Positions 50,962 to 60,457 of a stretch of DNA of 64,000 bases are shown piece after piece. Made by a program: the position numbers and the translations under genes. Every line of letters begins with the position of its first letter. The first letter of the stretch is position 1. Under the pieces are notes generated by a model. That model had not been told where the DNA came from, ran no database searches, and was given only the letters and a program-made list of their open reading frames with translations. This DNA is from an uncultured Clostridia bacterium (GTDB lineage Bacteria; Bacillota; Peptococcia; Peptococcales; Peptococcaceae): the NCBI GenBank assembly GCA_944391285.1, contig CALXSY010000005.1, forward strand, positions 11,196 to 75,195, given 5' to 3'.

Positions 50962-51606
50962 CTATCCTCTCAAGTTGTGTAGTTTATCGGTATCAGTCGA
51001 TTGAAATTTGGTGTCGATTTGAAAGATTATCATGCTCATGATGATGATTGCGGTCAGTAAATCGATGAAAATACCTAAATCAACTATTAACGGCATACCT
51101 CGGGTTGTAAAAAGCGCAGTGGAAAACAAGCCGTTTTCGATTACCAAAAAACCGATAATGTGACCTAAGGCATCCTTGCGGCTGATCATAAACAATAAAC
51201 CAATCAAGACGATTGCTAAGTTGCAGCTTAAGGGAGTAACTACACCTTTGGCGGAAATTAAGGGTATTTGGTAGATGCTGATATAACAAATAACTACCAA
51301 CAGGCAGGCTATAAAGGATAGAATGGGGATATTCAGATAAAAATCCTTGTGAATCTCGTGCGTTACTTTATTATAGGTACGGCGCAGATATTTGGGAATA
51401 TAGATGACTTTTAAAAACAACATTAAACAGCCAACAATCAACAACTCCAAATGCTGAGTTTCAGCTGCCATGATTAAAGCACCGATGGTGATTACCAAGG
51501 ATTGAACCTGAAAGGTGCGGATGTAAGAAAGGGATCTTTTATTGGCGATTAAAACTATGCCGGACAATAAAATAATCATGGAGAACATATCGTAAATACT
51601 ATTCAT
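50962..51606 (-). CDS. HyfE-like small membrane subunit
   Basis: About 214 aa with 6-7 TM helices. Position and size match hydrogenase-4 component E. ATG at 51606 behind AAGGAG. Confidence 0.7.
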   Translation of the reverse strand: MNSIYDMFSMIILLSGIVLIANKRSLSYIRTFQVQSLVITIGALIMAAETQHLELLIVGCLMLFLKVIYIPKYLRRTYNKVTHEIHKDFYLNIPILSFIACLLVVICYISIYQIPLISAKGVVTPLSCNLAIVLIGLLFMISRKDALGHIIGFLVIENGLFSTALFTTRGMPLIVDLGIFIDLLTAIIIMSMIIFQIDTKFQSTDTDKLHNLRG

Positions 51607-51621
51607 CAGGCACACTCCTTG

Positions 51622-52563
51622 TTAAAATATATAAACGCACAGAAAGCCCAAAAGGCTTAAGATAACTGCTAAGGCGGCATAGTTGGCGATACTGAAGAAA
51701 CGAAGCTTAACCGTGTTGGTTTCAATTAATCCTAAGATTATGCTGATAATGATAACCTTGAGCACCAATATACTTAAGCTTAAAACGATTCCTAAAATTC
51801 CTCCAAAGCTGATGAGCTGATCATGGGGAAAGAAGATATTAGCAATCAGGGTAATATAAATTAATTGCTTTAAATAAGCCGCCAATTCCACTAAGCCCAA
51901 ATGACGGCCGGAATACTCCAATATCATAGCCTCATGAATCATCGTTAACTCCAAATGGGTGGAAGGATCATCAATGGGAATACGGGCGGTTTCAGTAATA
52001 GTGACCATTAATAAAGCCAAAAGCAGCAGCAAATGCACCGGGTCGATGCTTAAGGAAGAATTGGCGCTTTCAATCATGATTTTGCGCAAATCGGTAGAAC
52101 CGTAATAAATAGCTAAAGTTACCAAGGCAATAATTAACGCCGGTTCGATGATGCTTTTTAAGGTATTCTCCCGGCTGCTGCCCATACCGCCGAAGGTGCT
52201 GGAGGTATCTAAGGCTGCCAAGGTTAAGAAAAAGCCGCCTAAGGCAAGAGTATAAACCAAAACAAGCATATCACCCGGCAGATTGACTGTTACTTTGGTG
52301 CTCAAGGGCACCAAGCAGGCTGCCAAAAGGGTACTGCCCAGAAGAATATAGGGAGTGAGCACAAGCACCTTGCTGGAAGTGGTGGAAATTGTTACCTGCG
52401 GTTTTTTTAGGAGCTTGATCAAGTCATAATAAGGCTGAAATATGGAAGCTCCGCGGCGTTTTTGAAAACGCGCTTTTATTTTGCGGATAATGCCGGTTGG
52501 CAGAGGAGCCAAAAGAAGCATGATAATTATTTGAAGAAAAGTATAGGTAATGAGAGTTGTCAT
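51622..52563 (-). CDS. NuoH/HycD/HyfC-like membrane subunit
   Basis: 313 aa. Motifs RK..A..Q.R.G and E.E..L..G...EYSG typical of NuoH/HycD. Confidence 0.82.
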   Translation of the reverse strand: MTTLITYTFLQIIIMLLLAPLPTGIIRKIKARFQKRRGASIFQPYYDLIKLLKKPQVTISTTSSKVLVLTPYILLGSTLLAACLVPLSTKVTVNLPGDMLVLVYTLALGGFFLTLAALDTSSTFGGMGSSRENTLKSIIEPALIIALVTLAIYYGSTDLRKIMIESANSSLSIDPVHLLLLLALLMVTITETARIPIDDPSTHLELTMIHEAMILEYSGRHLGLVELAAYLKQLIYITLIANIFFPHDQLISFGGILGIVLSLSILVLKVIIISIILGLIETNTVKLRFFSIANYAALAVILSLLGFLCVYIF

Positions 52564-52583
52564 GTTTATTCTCCTTATTTTGC

Positions 52584-54617
52584 TTAAAGCACGCTATTGT
52601 ACACAATAAAGACGATTAAAACCAAAAGAATATACAAAAGATACTGCTGGATATAACCGTTTTGCAGTCTTTCTGTCAAAAATTGAGAAATTTTTTGGTG
52701 AGTATGAATAAATGGTTCATAGAGATACTGCACAATAGGTTTTTTAATGGTTTGGCTGTAGGTAAGCTTTTGCCGGTTGTAGGGATTGTAATTGTCATTG
52801 CCGCTTTTGAATTCCGGCTGATAAAGCAGGCGGAAGATAATTAAAATCGGGTTGGCATAAGCGCTGGAGGAATACTGCATAAGAGGAGTTTGGTGAGTAA
52901 AGCCGCAGTCCCAAGTATTATAATAGCGTTTTTTGAGCTTGCCGCCGATAATGATGCTCATGATAAGACCAAATAAAATTAAAGCCAGCAAAAGAATGAT
53001 GATTACTGTCGGGTCATAGTTAGCCAGAGCAGGAGAATTATCATAAGTAGGCAGATTATAAATGTAGTAGGGATTGACTGCCGGCAAATGAGCAGCAGAA
53101 GATACGACTGTTGTTATCATGCCGACAGCAAAGGAAGGATAAACCGAATTAAAGATTAAAAAAGCAACCGGCAAAACCAGAGCAATGCGCATGGAAAGAG
53201 GAACCTCCTGCGCTTTTTGGGCATGTGCACTCCGGGGCGTGCCTAAAAAGGTGATGCCGAAAAATTTAACAAAGGTTAACGCCGCCAATGCTCCCACCAT
53301 TGCTAAAAGGGCGATAGTTAAAATTAAAATCAAATTCATAAAAGGCGTATTGGCAGAAATCAGAGCGATCAACGACTGATAGGTGAGCCATTCACTGCTA
53401 AAGGTAGCAAAGGGCACTACTGCCGCCACGGCTAAGGATAAAATTAAGACACAAGCCGCCGTAAAGGGCATGACCTTTGCCAGACCGCCTAAAAGAGGAA
53501 TTTCCTTGGTGTGGGCAGCGTATTGAACGCAGCCGGCGCTTAAAAATAAGCCGCCTTTGACGATGGTGTGATTTAAGGTGTGGAAAAGACCACCCATCAA
53601 AGCTAAAGAAGCAATAGCAGGATGATTTAAATTGTCTGCTACCATAGCCGCTCCTAAGGCTGTAGTGATGATGCCGATATTTTCAATGCTGGAGTAAGCC
53701 AAAAGTCTTTTAAAATTGTTTTCCACTGCCGCATAAGCAATACCGCCGACGGCGCTTACAATGCCGATGATTAAAACCAGCGTGCAAAACCATAAAGGCA
53801 AGGAAAAGGGAATAAAGATAAAACGGATAAAGCCATAGACAGCTGTTTTAATCATAATGCCGCTCATTAAGGCGCTGACATTGGAGGGAGCCGCAGGGTG
53901 AGCCATGGGCAGCCAAATATGAAAAGGAACTAAGCCCGCTTTGGTGCCAAAGCCGATAAACAGAAGAATTGCCAATATAACTTGCAAGCCCGAGCTTAAG
54001 AAGCTTAGATCTTGAGGCAGCAGCATGCTTTCGGTATAAGTAAAGATTACTAAAAAAGCAATCAAGAGCAAAGAAGCCGCCAAATGGGTCATGATGACAT
54101 AAAGGGTAGAAGCTTTCTGTGTTTCTTTGTCAGCATGCTCGAAATTAGCCAAAAAGTAACTGCTGACCGACATGATCTCCCAGAAGATATAGAAGCTTAA
54201 CAAATTTTGGGCGGTAAATACTACAAATAACGAAAAAATGAAGGCGCTGTTGAGCAAATTAAAAACCGCCAAATTATATTTATCTTGGTAGTGGGTTAAA
54301 TATTTAGGAGTATAAATTGCAACTGCCAGCAAAAGCAGATTTAAGTCTAAGAGAAAATAAGCGCTTAAGTAATCTATACCTAAAGTAAAAGTAAAATTGG
54401 GAATAGAAGTAGGCAGGTCAAATAGAGCGATGTATTCTAAGCTGCTGTTAAGCTGATACATAGCGCTGATTATCCCTGCAAAAGCGCCTAAAGCTAAAAG
54501 AATATTCACCAGATACGAATTAATCTTTTGCCATTTTATGCTTATAACCGCCGCTAAAAAAGCTAAAAGATAAAAGGAAGCACAGAGAATATAAGGTGAA
54601 GATAAAAGTTGAAACAT
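52584..54617 (-). CDS. NuoL/HyfB/HycC-like antiporter-type membrane subunit
   Basis: 677 aa. FWE.MS..SY, GFGTKAGLVPFH.WLP.AH and LAYSSIENIG. First gene of the operon, with a GGGAGG RBS. Confidence 0.85.
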   Translation of the reverse strand: MFQLLSSPYILCASFYLLAFLAAVISIKWQKINSYLVNILLALGAFAGIISAMYQLNSSLEYIALFDLPTSIPNFTFTLGIDYLSAYFLLDLNLLLLAVAIYTPKYLTHYQDKYNLAVFNLLNSAFIFSLFVVFTAQNLLSFYIFWEIMSVSSYFLANFEHADKETQKASTLYVIMTHLAASLLLIAFLVIFTYTESMLLPQDLSFLSSGLQVILAILLFIGFGTKAGLVPFHIWLPMAHPAAPSNVSALMSGIMIKTAVYGFIRFIFIPFSLPLWFCTLVLIIGIVSAVGGIAYAAVENNFKRLLAYSSIENIGIITTALGAAMVADNLNHPAIASLALMGGLFHTLNHTIVKGGLFLSAGCVQYAAHTKEIPLLGGLAKVMPFTAACVLILSLAVAAVVPFATFSSEWLTYQSLIALISANTPFMNLILILTIALLAMVGALAALTFVKFFGITFLGTPRSAHAQKAQEVPLSMRIALVLPVAFLIFNSVYPSFAVGMITTVVSSAAHLPAVNPYYIYNLPTYDNSPALANYDPTVIIILLLALILFGLIMSIIIGGKLKKRYYNTWDCGFTHQTPLMQYSSSAYANPILIIFRLLYQPEFKSGNDNYNPYNRQKLTYSQTIKKPIVQYLYEPFIHTHQKISQFLTERLQNGYIQQYLLYILLVLIVFIVYNSVL

Positions 54618-54963
54618 AGAGAGATCCTCCCGGAATTATTTAAAATATTTACAAGATTAGCGCATACCTTTCTAATTGTAATACTTTTAAGAAAAAGGGT
54701 CAAGGAAAAGGAAATAGTACGAATATTATATTTTTTTATTATAATTAGTAAAAATTAGGGAAAAAAGGAAAAATCCATTTGTCTTTTTTTAAAATAGGTT
54801 CAAACATATTTATTTATAGTTAAATAAGAATATTTCCTTATATAAAGATATAACAAAAATACTTAAAAATGTGAAAAAAATAACTTGTAATTTCTTATAT
54901 AATAGTATTATAATAGTTAGAAAGATTAATTGATATACATATAAAGAATGGGGTTTTGTACTT

Positions 54964-55599
54964 ATGAAAAATGTAAAAATACCTGAAGTGGCAGTAAGCC
55001 GTTTGTCAGTTTATTCTCGTTTTCTAACACAGATAGAAAAAAGCGGTGTGGTAAGAATTTCTTCCGGCGAAATAGCTGCCGGTACAGGAGGAACTCCGGC
55101 TCAAGTACGCAAAGATTTAGCTTATTTCGGTGAGTTCGGCACCAGAGGTGTTGGTTATAACGTAGCAGAGCTCAATAAAGAAATCTGCAATATTTTAGGT
55201 ATCGGTAAAAAGTGGCGGGTAATTTTAGTCGGAGCCGGTAATTTAGGCTCGGCTTTGACCCAATACGCCGGATTTAAAAGCCGAGGGTTTGATATTGAAG
55301 CAGTCTTTGACAATGATTTAAATAAAGTCGGCTTAAGATTAAACGATACACCGGTTATGGCAATTAATCGCATTTATGATTATGTAGTTGAAAATAAGAT
55401 TGATATTGCCATTATTGCCGTGCCGGATAAACATGCTCAAGATATTGCTGATTTATTGGTTACCAGCGGCATCAAAGGAATTTTAAACTTTGCACCGGTT
55501 ACTTTAAATATTCCGGAAGATGTCCAAGTCAGAAATGTTGATTTAGCTGTAAATTTGGAAATTTTAAGCTTTAATATCGTTGTCAATAATAAGGAATAA
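54964..55599 (+). CDS. rex: Redox-sensing transcriptional repressor Rex
   Basis: IP...V.RL..Y.R.L winged-helix N-terminus, Rossmann VGAGNLG.AL. 211 aa. Confidence 0.92.
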   Translation: MKNVKIPEVAVSRLSVYSRFLTQIEKSGVVRISSGEIAAGTGGTPAQVRKDLAYFGEFGTRGVGYNVAELNKEICNILGIGKKWRVILVGAGNLGSALTQYAGFKSRGFDIEAVFDNDLNKVGLRLNDTPVMAINRIYDYVVENKIDIAIIAVPDKHAQDIADLLVTSGIKGILNFAPVTLNIPEDVQVRNVDLAVNLEILSFNIVVNNKE

Positions 55600-55607
55600 T
55601 TCCCTTT

Positions 55608-55642
55608 CCCGCTCAGATAATTATTATCTGAGCGGGTTTTTT
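55608..55642 (+). terminator. Intrinsic terminator after rex
   Basis: cccgctcagataa-ttatt-atctgagcggg plus T6. Confidence 0.85.
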
Positions 55643-55765
55643 GCGAAATTATAAAGAATTATTTACTCTTTCAATTTTTGCCTTTTGAGATATTTACATC
55701 TTACTTGCTTTTATGGTAAAATGTATTGACAATTATTTGGCAGAAGAAACGGAGTTTAGATTAAG

Positions 55766-56344
55766 ATGTCAGCAATTATTTTAGCTTCATCATCGCCGCG
55801 GCGTTTTCAGATTTTAGAGCAAATCGGTATTAAATTTACCGTTGACAGTGCAGAAATTGATGAAAATCTGCCGGGACTTGCAGCGGCAGAGCTGGTTAAA
55901 GCTTTATCTTTAAAAAAGGCTCAGGCAGTAGCTGAGAAATATCAAGAAGGCATCGTTATTGGTGCCGATACCGTAGTAGCTGTGGACGGTCAAATATACG
56001 GCAAACCAAAGAGCAAGGAGCAAGCGCGGGAAATGATGCAAAATTTATCCGGAAGATCTCATGAAGTTTTGACAGCCATTGCATTAGTCGATGCAGCCGG
56101 CAAAAAGAAATGGGTGCAGAAGCTTGTCAGCACCAAAGTATTTTTTCGCAAGTTAACCAACGAAGAAATAGAGCGCTATTTAGCTTGGGATGAATATCAA
56201 GACAAAGCCGGAGCTTATGGTATTCAAGGAAAAGGCGCTGTTTTAGTGGAAAAAATTGACGGCTGCTATTATAATGTAGTTGGACTGCCGGTCAGCGCAT
56301 TATTGGACGCTTTTCATGAAATGGGAGTAGATATTTATGAATGA
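55766..56344 (+). CDS. maf: Maf-family nucleoside-triphosphate pyrophosphatase
   Basis: ILAS.SPRR...L and GADT.V....I.GKP...E.A..ML..LSG..H.V.T. 192 aa. Confidence 0.9.
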   Translation: MSAIILASSSPRRFQILEQIGIKFTVDSAEIDENLPGLAAAELVKALSLKKAQAVAEKYQEGIVIGADTVVAVDGQIYGKPKSKEQAREMMQNLSGRSHEVLTAIALVDAAGKKKWVQKLVSTKVFFRKLTNEEIERYLAWDEYQDKAGAYGIQGKGAVLVEKIDGCYYNVVGLPVSALLDAFHEMGVDIYE

Positions 56345-57029
56345 AAATTCCTTAGATGATTTAATACCTAAAGACCGCCAGCCGAAAGAACGGTTGTTGT
56401 TGTTAGGCGCAGAAATGCTGACTGATTTGGAATTAATCAGCCTTTTACTGGCTCAAGGCAGTGAAGATAAAAATGTGCTGGAATTATCCGGAGAGCTTTT
56501 AAATGAAGCCGGCAGTTTGCGTGAGCTCAGAATGATGTCTTTGGAAGAAATGAGTCAGATAAAAGGAATCAGCGCTGATAAAGGTGCCAGAGTTTTAGCC
56601 GGATTGGAGCTGGGCAAGCGCGCTTCATTGGAGGACAAGCGTTTTATGCCGCTGATAAATTCGACGCAGGATGTTTTGGAGTTAATGGCTGATGAAATGC
56701 GCTCGTTAGAAAATGAGACTGTGAAATTGCTGCTTTTAAACAGCAAGCACAGGCTGATACATATTACGACCATTTCGTTTGGAGGGGTGAATTATTCCTC
56801 TGCTCATCCCAGGGAGGTTTATAAGGCAGCGGTAAAATTTGCAGCCAGCGGCTTAATTTTGGTGCATAATCATCCCAGCGGTGATTTTTTACCCAGTGAA
56901 AAGGATATTACTATTACCAGAAGATTAGTGGAAGCAGGAGAAATTATGGGAATTCCCCTTTTAGATCATATTATTATAGCAGAAACAGGGTATTATAGTT
57001 TTAGTGAGGAAAATATTATCAAGTATTGA
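56337..57029 (+). CDS. radC: RadC-family JAB/MPN-domain protein
   Basis: PRERL...G...L.D.ELI..LL N-terminus, HhH region and JAMM motif HNHPSGD..PS..D. 230 aa. Confidence 0.9.
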   Translation: MNENSLDDLIPKDRQPKERLLLLGAEMLTDLELISLLLAQGSEDKNVLELSGELLNEAGSLRELRMMSLEEMSQIKGISADKGARVLAGLELGKRASLEDKRFMPLINSTQDVLELMADEMRSLENETVKLLLLNSKHRLIHITTISFGGVNYSSAHPREVYKAAVKFAASGLILVHNHPSGDFLPSEKDITITRRLVEAGEIMGIPLLDHIIIAETGYYSFSEENIIKY

Positions 57030-57080
57030 TAAGTGAAATTTTAAGATGCAACATCATCAGATTTCAGCGGGGGCAAAGGC

Positions 57081-57923
57081 ATGACACGAAAGAAAAAGGC
57101 GCTTGTGGTAGCCATAGTTTTGATAATAGCAATACTGTTAATTAGCTTAGCAGTTTTAACAACGCAACAGAGAGATGATTTAACTTTTGTGGAAAAAGGT
57201 TTGCGCATTGTAGCAAGCCCTATCCAGCATGCTATCAGCAATTTAGGTGAAAAAATCGGCGGATTTTTCGGGGCATTTACCGATTATGACCAGCTGCAAA
57301 AGGAAAATCAGGAGCTAATGCTGCAAATCGAAGAACTAAGCATCGCCAATAATGATTTGCAGGAAGCTCTTTTAGAAAATATTCGCCTAAAGCAAATGCT
57401 GGAGTTTAAAGATGCTACCAGCAATCAATATACCTTAGCTGCGGCAAAGGTTATTGCTGAAAATAACAACAACTTGCAGCATACAATCGTTTTAGACAAA
57501 GGCAGTGATGACGGAATCCAAAATAACATGGTAGTTATTAACCATTTAGGGCTTATCGGTCGAGTGGTCAATGTCTTGTCATCCAGCTGTGAGGTTGTTT
57601 TAATTACCGACCGCCAAAGCGCAGTAGGTTCCCGTATTTGGGAGACCAGAGAAACTTTGGGAGTAGTAGAAGGCATGGGCAGTGAAAATACCTATTTGCG
57701 CTTGATTCACATGCCCCATGATGCGGATATTGAAATAGGTGACAAAGTAGTAACCAGCGGCTTGGACGGAATTTTCAGCGAAGGTATTCCTATTGGCACG
57801 GTGGTTGAAATTGCCGACGAGGTTGGGGGATTGACCAAGCAGGCGACTATTGAGCCTTATGTCAACTTTTACCGCTTAGAGGAAGTTTTCATCATCCTTA
57901 ATAACAAAGGAAGTGGTAATTGA
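57081..57923 (+). CDS. mreC: Rod shape-determining protein MreC
   Basis: N-terminal TM helix, coiled coil (L..EN..L..E...L) and C-terminal beta-barrel repeats (G.VGRV, V.TSGLDGIF..G.PIG.V). Confidence 0.88.
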   Translation: MTRKKKALVVAIVLIIAILLISLAVLTTQQRDDLTFVEKGLRIVASPIQHAISNLGEKIGGFFGAFTDYDQLQKENQELMLQIEELSIANNDLQEALLENIRLKQMLEFKDATSNQYTLAAAKVIAENNNNLQHTIVLDKGSDDGIQNNMVVINHLGLIGRVVNVLSSSCEVVLITDRQSAVGSRIWETRETLGVVEGMGSENTYLRLIHMPHDADIEIGDKVVTSGLDGIFSEGIPIGTVVEIADEVGGLTKQATIEPYVNFYRLEEVFIILNNKGSGN

Positions 57924-58444
57924 TGCCTAAAGACAAAGAATCTTTTTTCCGCAATCCCCTTTTTGTAGCGATATTTCTCTTGGTTTTGGGATATATACTT
58001 CTTATTCTGCGTGATACCTTGTTTACCAAATGGTCCATTGCCGGCGGAAAACCGGACTTTATCTTAATTTTAACGGTTTATTATGCTATCTTTCAAGGCT
58101 GGAAAAAAGGCGGCATAATGGGATTGGCGCTGGGCTTTTTGGAAGATTTGATGGCAGGCAGATTTTTAGGAATCAATGCTTTGTGCAAAGGCATAATCGG
58201 TTTGGTATTCGGCTTGGTAGCCGGCAAAATATATCGGGATAACTTTTTAGTGCCGATTGCCTGCCTGCTTTTGAGCTCATTATGCTCTTCGGCAATATAT
58301 TTTGTCTTGGCTAAAATAATTGGCAGTAATATTTATTTCAGCGGCATGCTTTTAAATGCTGTTCCCAATGGCATTTATACTGCTTGCTTCGGACCGGTTT
58401 TGTATGTTTTAATCTATTTGATGAATAAAAAAGAAGGCGAATAG
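57920..58444 (+). CDS. mreD: Rod shape-determining protein MreD
   Basis: 174 aa with 5 TM helices. ATGA overlap with mreC. GL..D motif. Confidence 0.8.
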   Translation: MMPKDKESFFRNPLFVAIFLLVLGYILLILRDTLFTKWSIAGGKPDFILILTVYYAIFQGWKKGGIMGLALGFLEDLMAGRFLGINALCKGIIGLVFGLVAGKIYRDNFLVPIACLLLSSLCSSAIYFVLAKIIGSNIYFSGMLLNAVPNGIYTACFGPVLYVLIYLMNKKEGE

Positions 58445-58476
58445 GCGATAATGATATTATTAAAGGAGGTGGCTGC

Positions 58477-60447
58477 ATGGAAAGTAAAGACCGTCAGGCT
58501 CTTTGGCAAAAAGGGCGAGTATTTGCGGCTGTTTTATTGGCATTCGGCATTATCATAACCTTGCGTTTGGCATGGCTGCAAATTATTCAAAGCGATGTTT
58601 ATCAAACCAGCGCAGCCAGCAACAGAACCAGGCTTTTAACCATTAAAGCCGCCAGAGGAGATATAATAACCTCTGACGGAGTAGTTATGGCGACGGATCA
58701 GCCGGTTTTTCAGGTTAATATCAACAGTCAAACTATCGGTGATTTGCCTGAGGAACAGCAAAGTGAAATTATCAACACTTTGGTCAGCATTCTGAACGAT
58801 CCGGAAATTACTGCTGAAACCATTACTCAGCTTTTAGAGGATAATGTTTACCGTAATTATAAGCCGGTCACGATTAAAACCAATCTGGACATGGAAACAG
58901 TCAGCCAAATCGAAGCCCGCCGGATTGAATTAGTGGGGGTAACAGTTAGCAGTGAGCCGAAAAGAGTTTATTTGCAGGGCAATATGGCAGGGCATCTCAT
59001 CGGTTATCTGGGCGAAGTCAATGAGGACGAAATGGCAGCCAATGAGGATTACAACCTGGGAGATTTGGTCGGCAAAATCGGCGTTGAAAAATCCTATGAT
59101 GAATATTTGCGGGGCGAAGATGGTGTCCAGCAAGTGCAGGTAGACGTTTACAATAATGCCGTAGGCGAAGTAACCACCATTGATTCTTCTTCCGGCAATG
59201 ACGTAGTGTTAACTATTGATTATGATTTGCAAAAGGTAATGGAAGAGTCTTTCGATAAATTAATTGCCAACTTGCAGGCTAATCCTCGCTCTGATAAAGC
59301 CGGAGCCGGTGCAGCAGTTTTAATTGAAGTCAATACCGGCAAAGTATTGGCAATGGTTTCCCGCCCAGACGATAAGGTAACACAGCAAAACCGTGCAATC
59401 CAAGGACGATATATTCCCGGTTCTACCTTTAAACCGGTTACTTTGGCGGCGGCTTTAGAAAATGACGCCATAACCTTAACGGAAAAAATTTATAATCCCG
59501 GCCGTTACTGGGAAGCGCCTTATATTAAAAGTACAGCGCCGGTAGGATATTACGACGTTTATTCGGCTACCGCTAAATCGGACAACGTATTTTTCCAGGA
59601 GTTGGGACGCCGAGTAGGAGTCGATAAAATCGGTGAAGCCGGTATTGAGCTGGGCTTGGAAGGCTATACGGGCATAGATTTGCCCTACGAAAACCGCGGC
59701 GAACGGGTTACCGAGGGCTTACCTACCCGGGAGAAAATTGATGCTTATAATGATTGGGCAGCTCAGTCTAAATCCGATTATTACGATAACATCATTGAGG
59801 AAACTCAAGCGGAATATGATGCTGCTTTAGCTGCGGCGCAAAGCGAAGAGGAAAAGAAAAGTATCGAGCGTCAATACAACAATACTTTAGCCCAATTAAA
59901 AGCGCAAAAGGCTATCGATGTCAAATGGGTTTCCGAATGGCATGCCGCCGATACTTACAACGTAGCTATCGGTCAGGGCCGCCAAAACTATACTCCTTTG
60001 CAGCTGGCTCGCTACTGTGCTACCATCGCTAACGGCGGTGATATTTATCAGCCTTATGTGGTAGATCGAGTTTTAGACAAAGACGGCAATGTCATTTTGC
60101 AAAACGAGCCCACTTTGCAGGCTCATTCCGGAATCAGCGATGAAACCTTTAAAATTATCGAAGATGCCATGGTAGGTGTATCACAGCCGGGCGGAACAGC
60201 ATATAGTGTATTCTACGATTTTCCGCCGGAAATCAAAGTAGCTGCCAAAACCGGTACTTCACAGCCCGGGCAGGCAAGCTATACAAGCGGCGACAAAGAG
60301 TATTATGACGGTGTATTTATTGCTTATGCTCCGGCAGATGATCCGCAAATTGCCTTCGCAGCTGTTGTAGAATACGGTTACAGCGGCAACGGCAGCGGCG
60401 GTCAGATTTGCCGTGATGTCTTTAAAGCCTATTTCGGTTTAAACTGA
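58477..60447 (+). CDS. mrdA: Penicillin-binding protein 2 (class B transpeptidase, elongasome)
   Basis: N-terminal TM helix plus dimerisation domain. Active-site motifs STFK (PGSTFKP), SxN (KSDN) and KTGT. Confidence 0.88.
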   Translation: MESKDRQALWQKGRVFAAVLLAFGIIITLRLAWLQIIQSDVYQTSAASNRTRLLTIKAARGDIITSDGVVMATDQPVFQVNINSQTIGDLPEEQQSEIINTLVSILNDPEITAETITQLLEDNVYRNYKPVTIKTNLDMETVSQIEARRIELVGVTVSSEPKRVYLQGNMAGHLIGYLGEVNEDEMAANEDYNLGDLVGKIGVEKSYDEYLRGEDGVQQVQVDVYNNAVGEVTTIDSSSGNDVVLTIDYDLQKVMEESFDKLIANLQANPRSDKAGAGAAVLIEVNTGKVLAMVSRPDDKVTQQNRAIQGRYIPGSTFKPVTLAAALENDAITLTEKIYNPGRYWEAPYIKSTAPVGYYDVYSATAKSDNVFFQELGRRVGVDKIGEAGIELGLEGYTGIDLPYENRGERVTEGLPTREKIDAYNDWAAQSKSDYYDNIIEETQAEYDAALAAAQSEEEKKSIERQYNNTLAQLKAQKAIDVKWVSEWHAADTYNVAIGQGRQNYTPLQLARYCATIANGGDIYQPYVVDRVLDKDGNVILQNEPTLQAHSGISDETFKIIEDAMVGVSQPGGTAYSVFYDFPPEIKVAAKTGTSQPGQASYTSGDKEYYDGVFIAYAPADDPQIAFAAVVEYGYSGNGSGGQICRDVFKAYFGLN

Positions 60448-60457
60448 GGAGAAGAAA

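Noticed and set aside
54618-54963. A Rex operator in the rex/hyf-like intergenic region.
   Set aside because: Only isolated half-site-like hexamers are present (TGTGAA at 54870, TTGTAA at 54677 and 54885). No 18-20-bp palindrome matches TTGTGAA-N4-TTCACAA or TTGTTAA-N4-TTAACAA. The TTACAA...TTGTAA pair at 54649-54682 has the wrong orientation and spacing.
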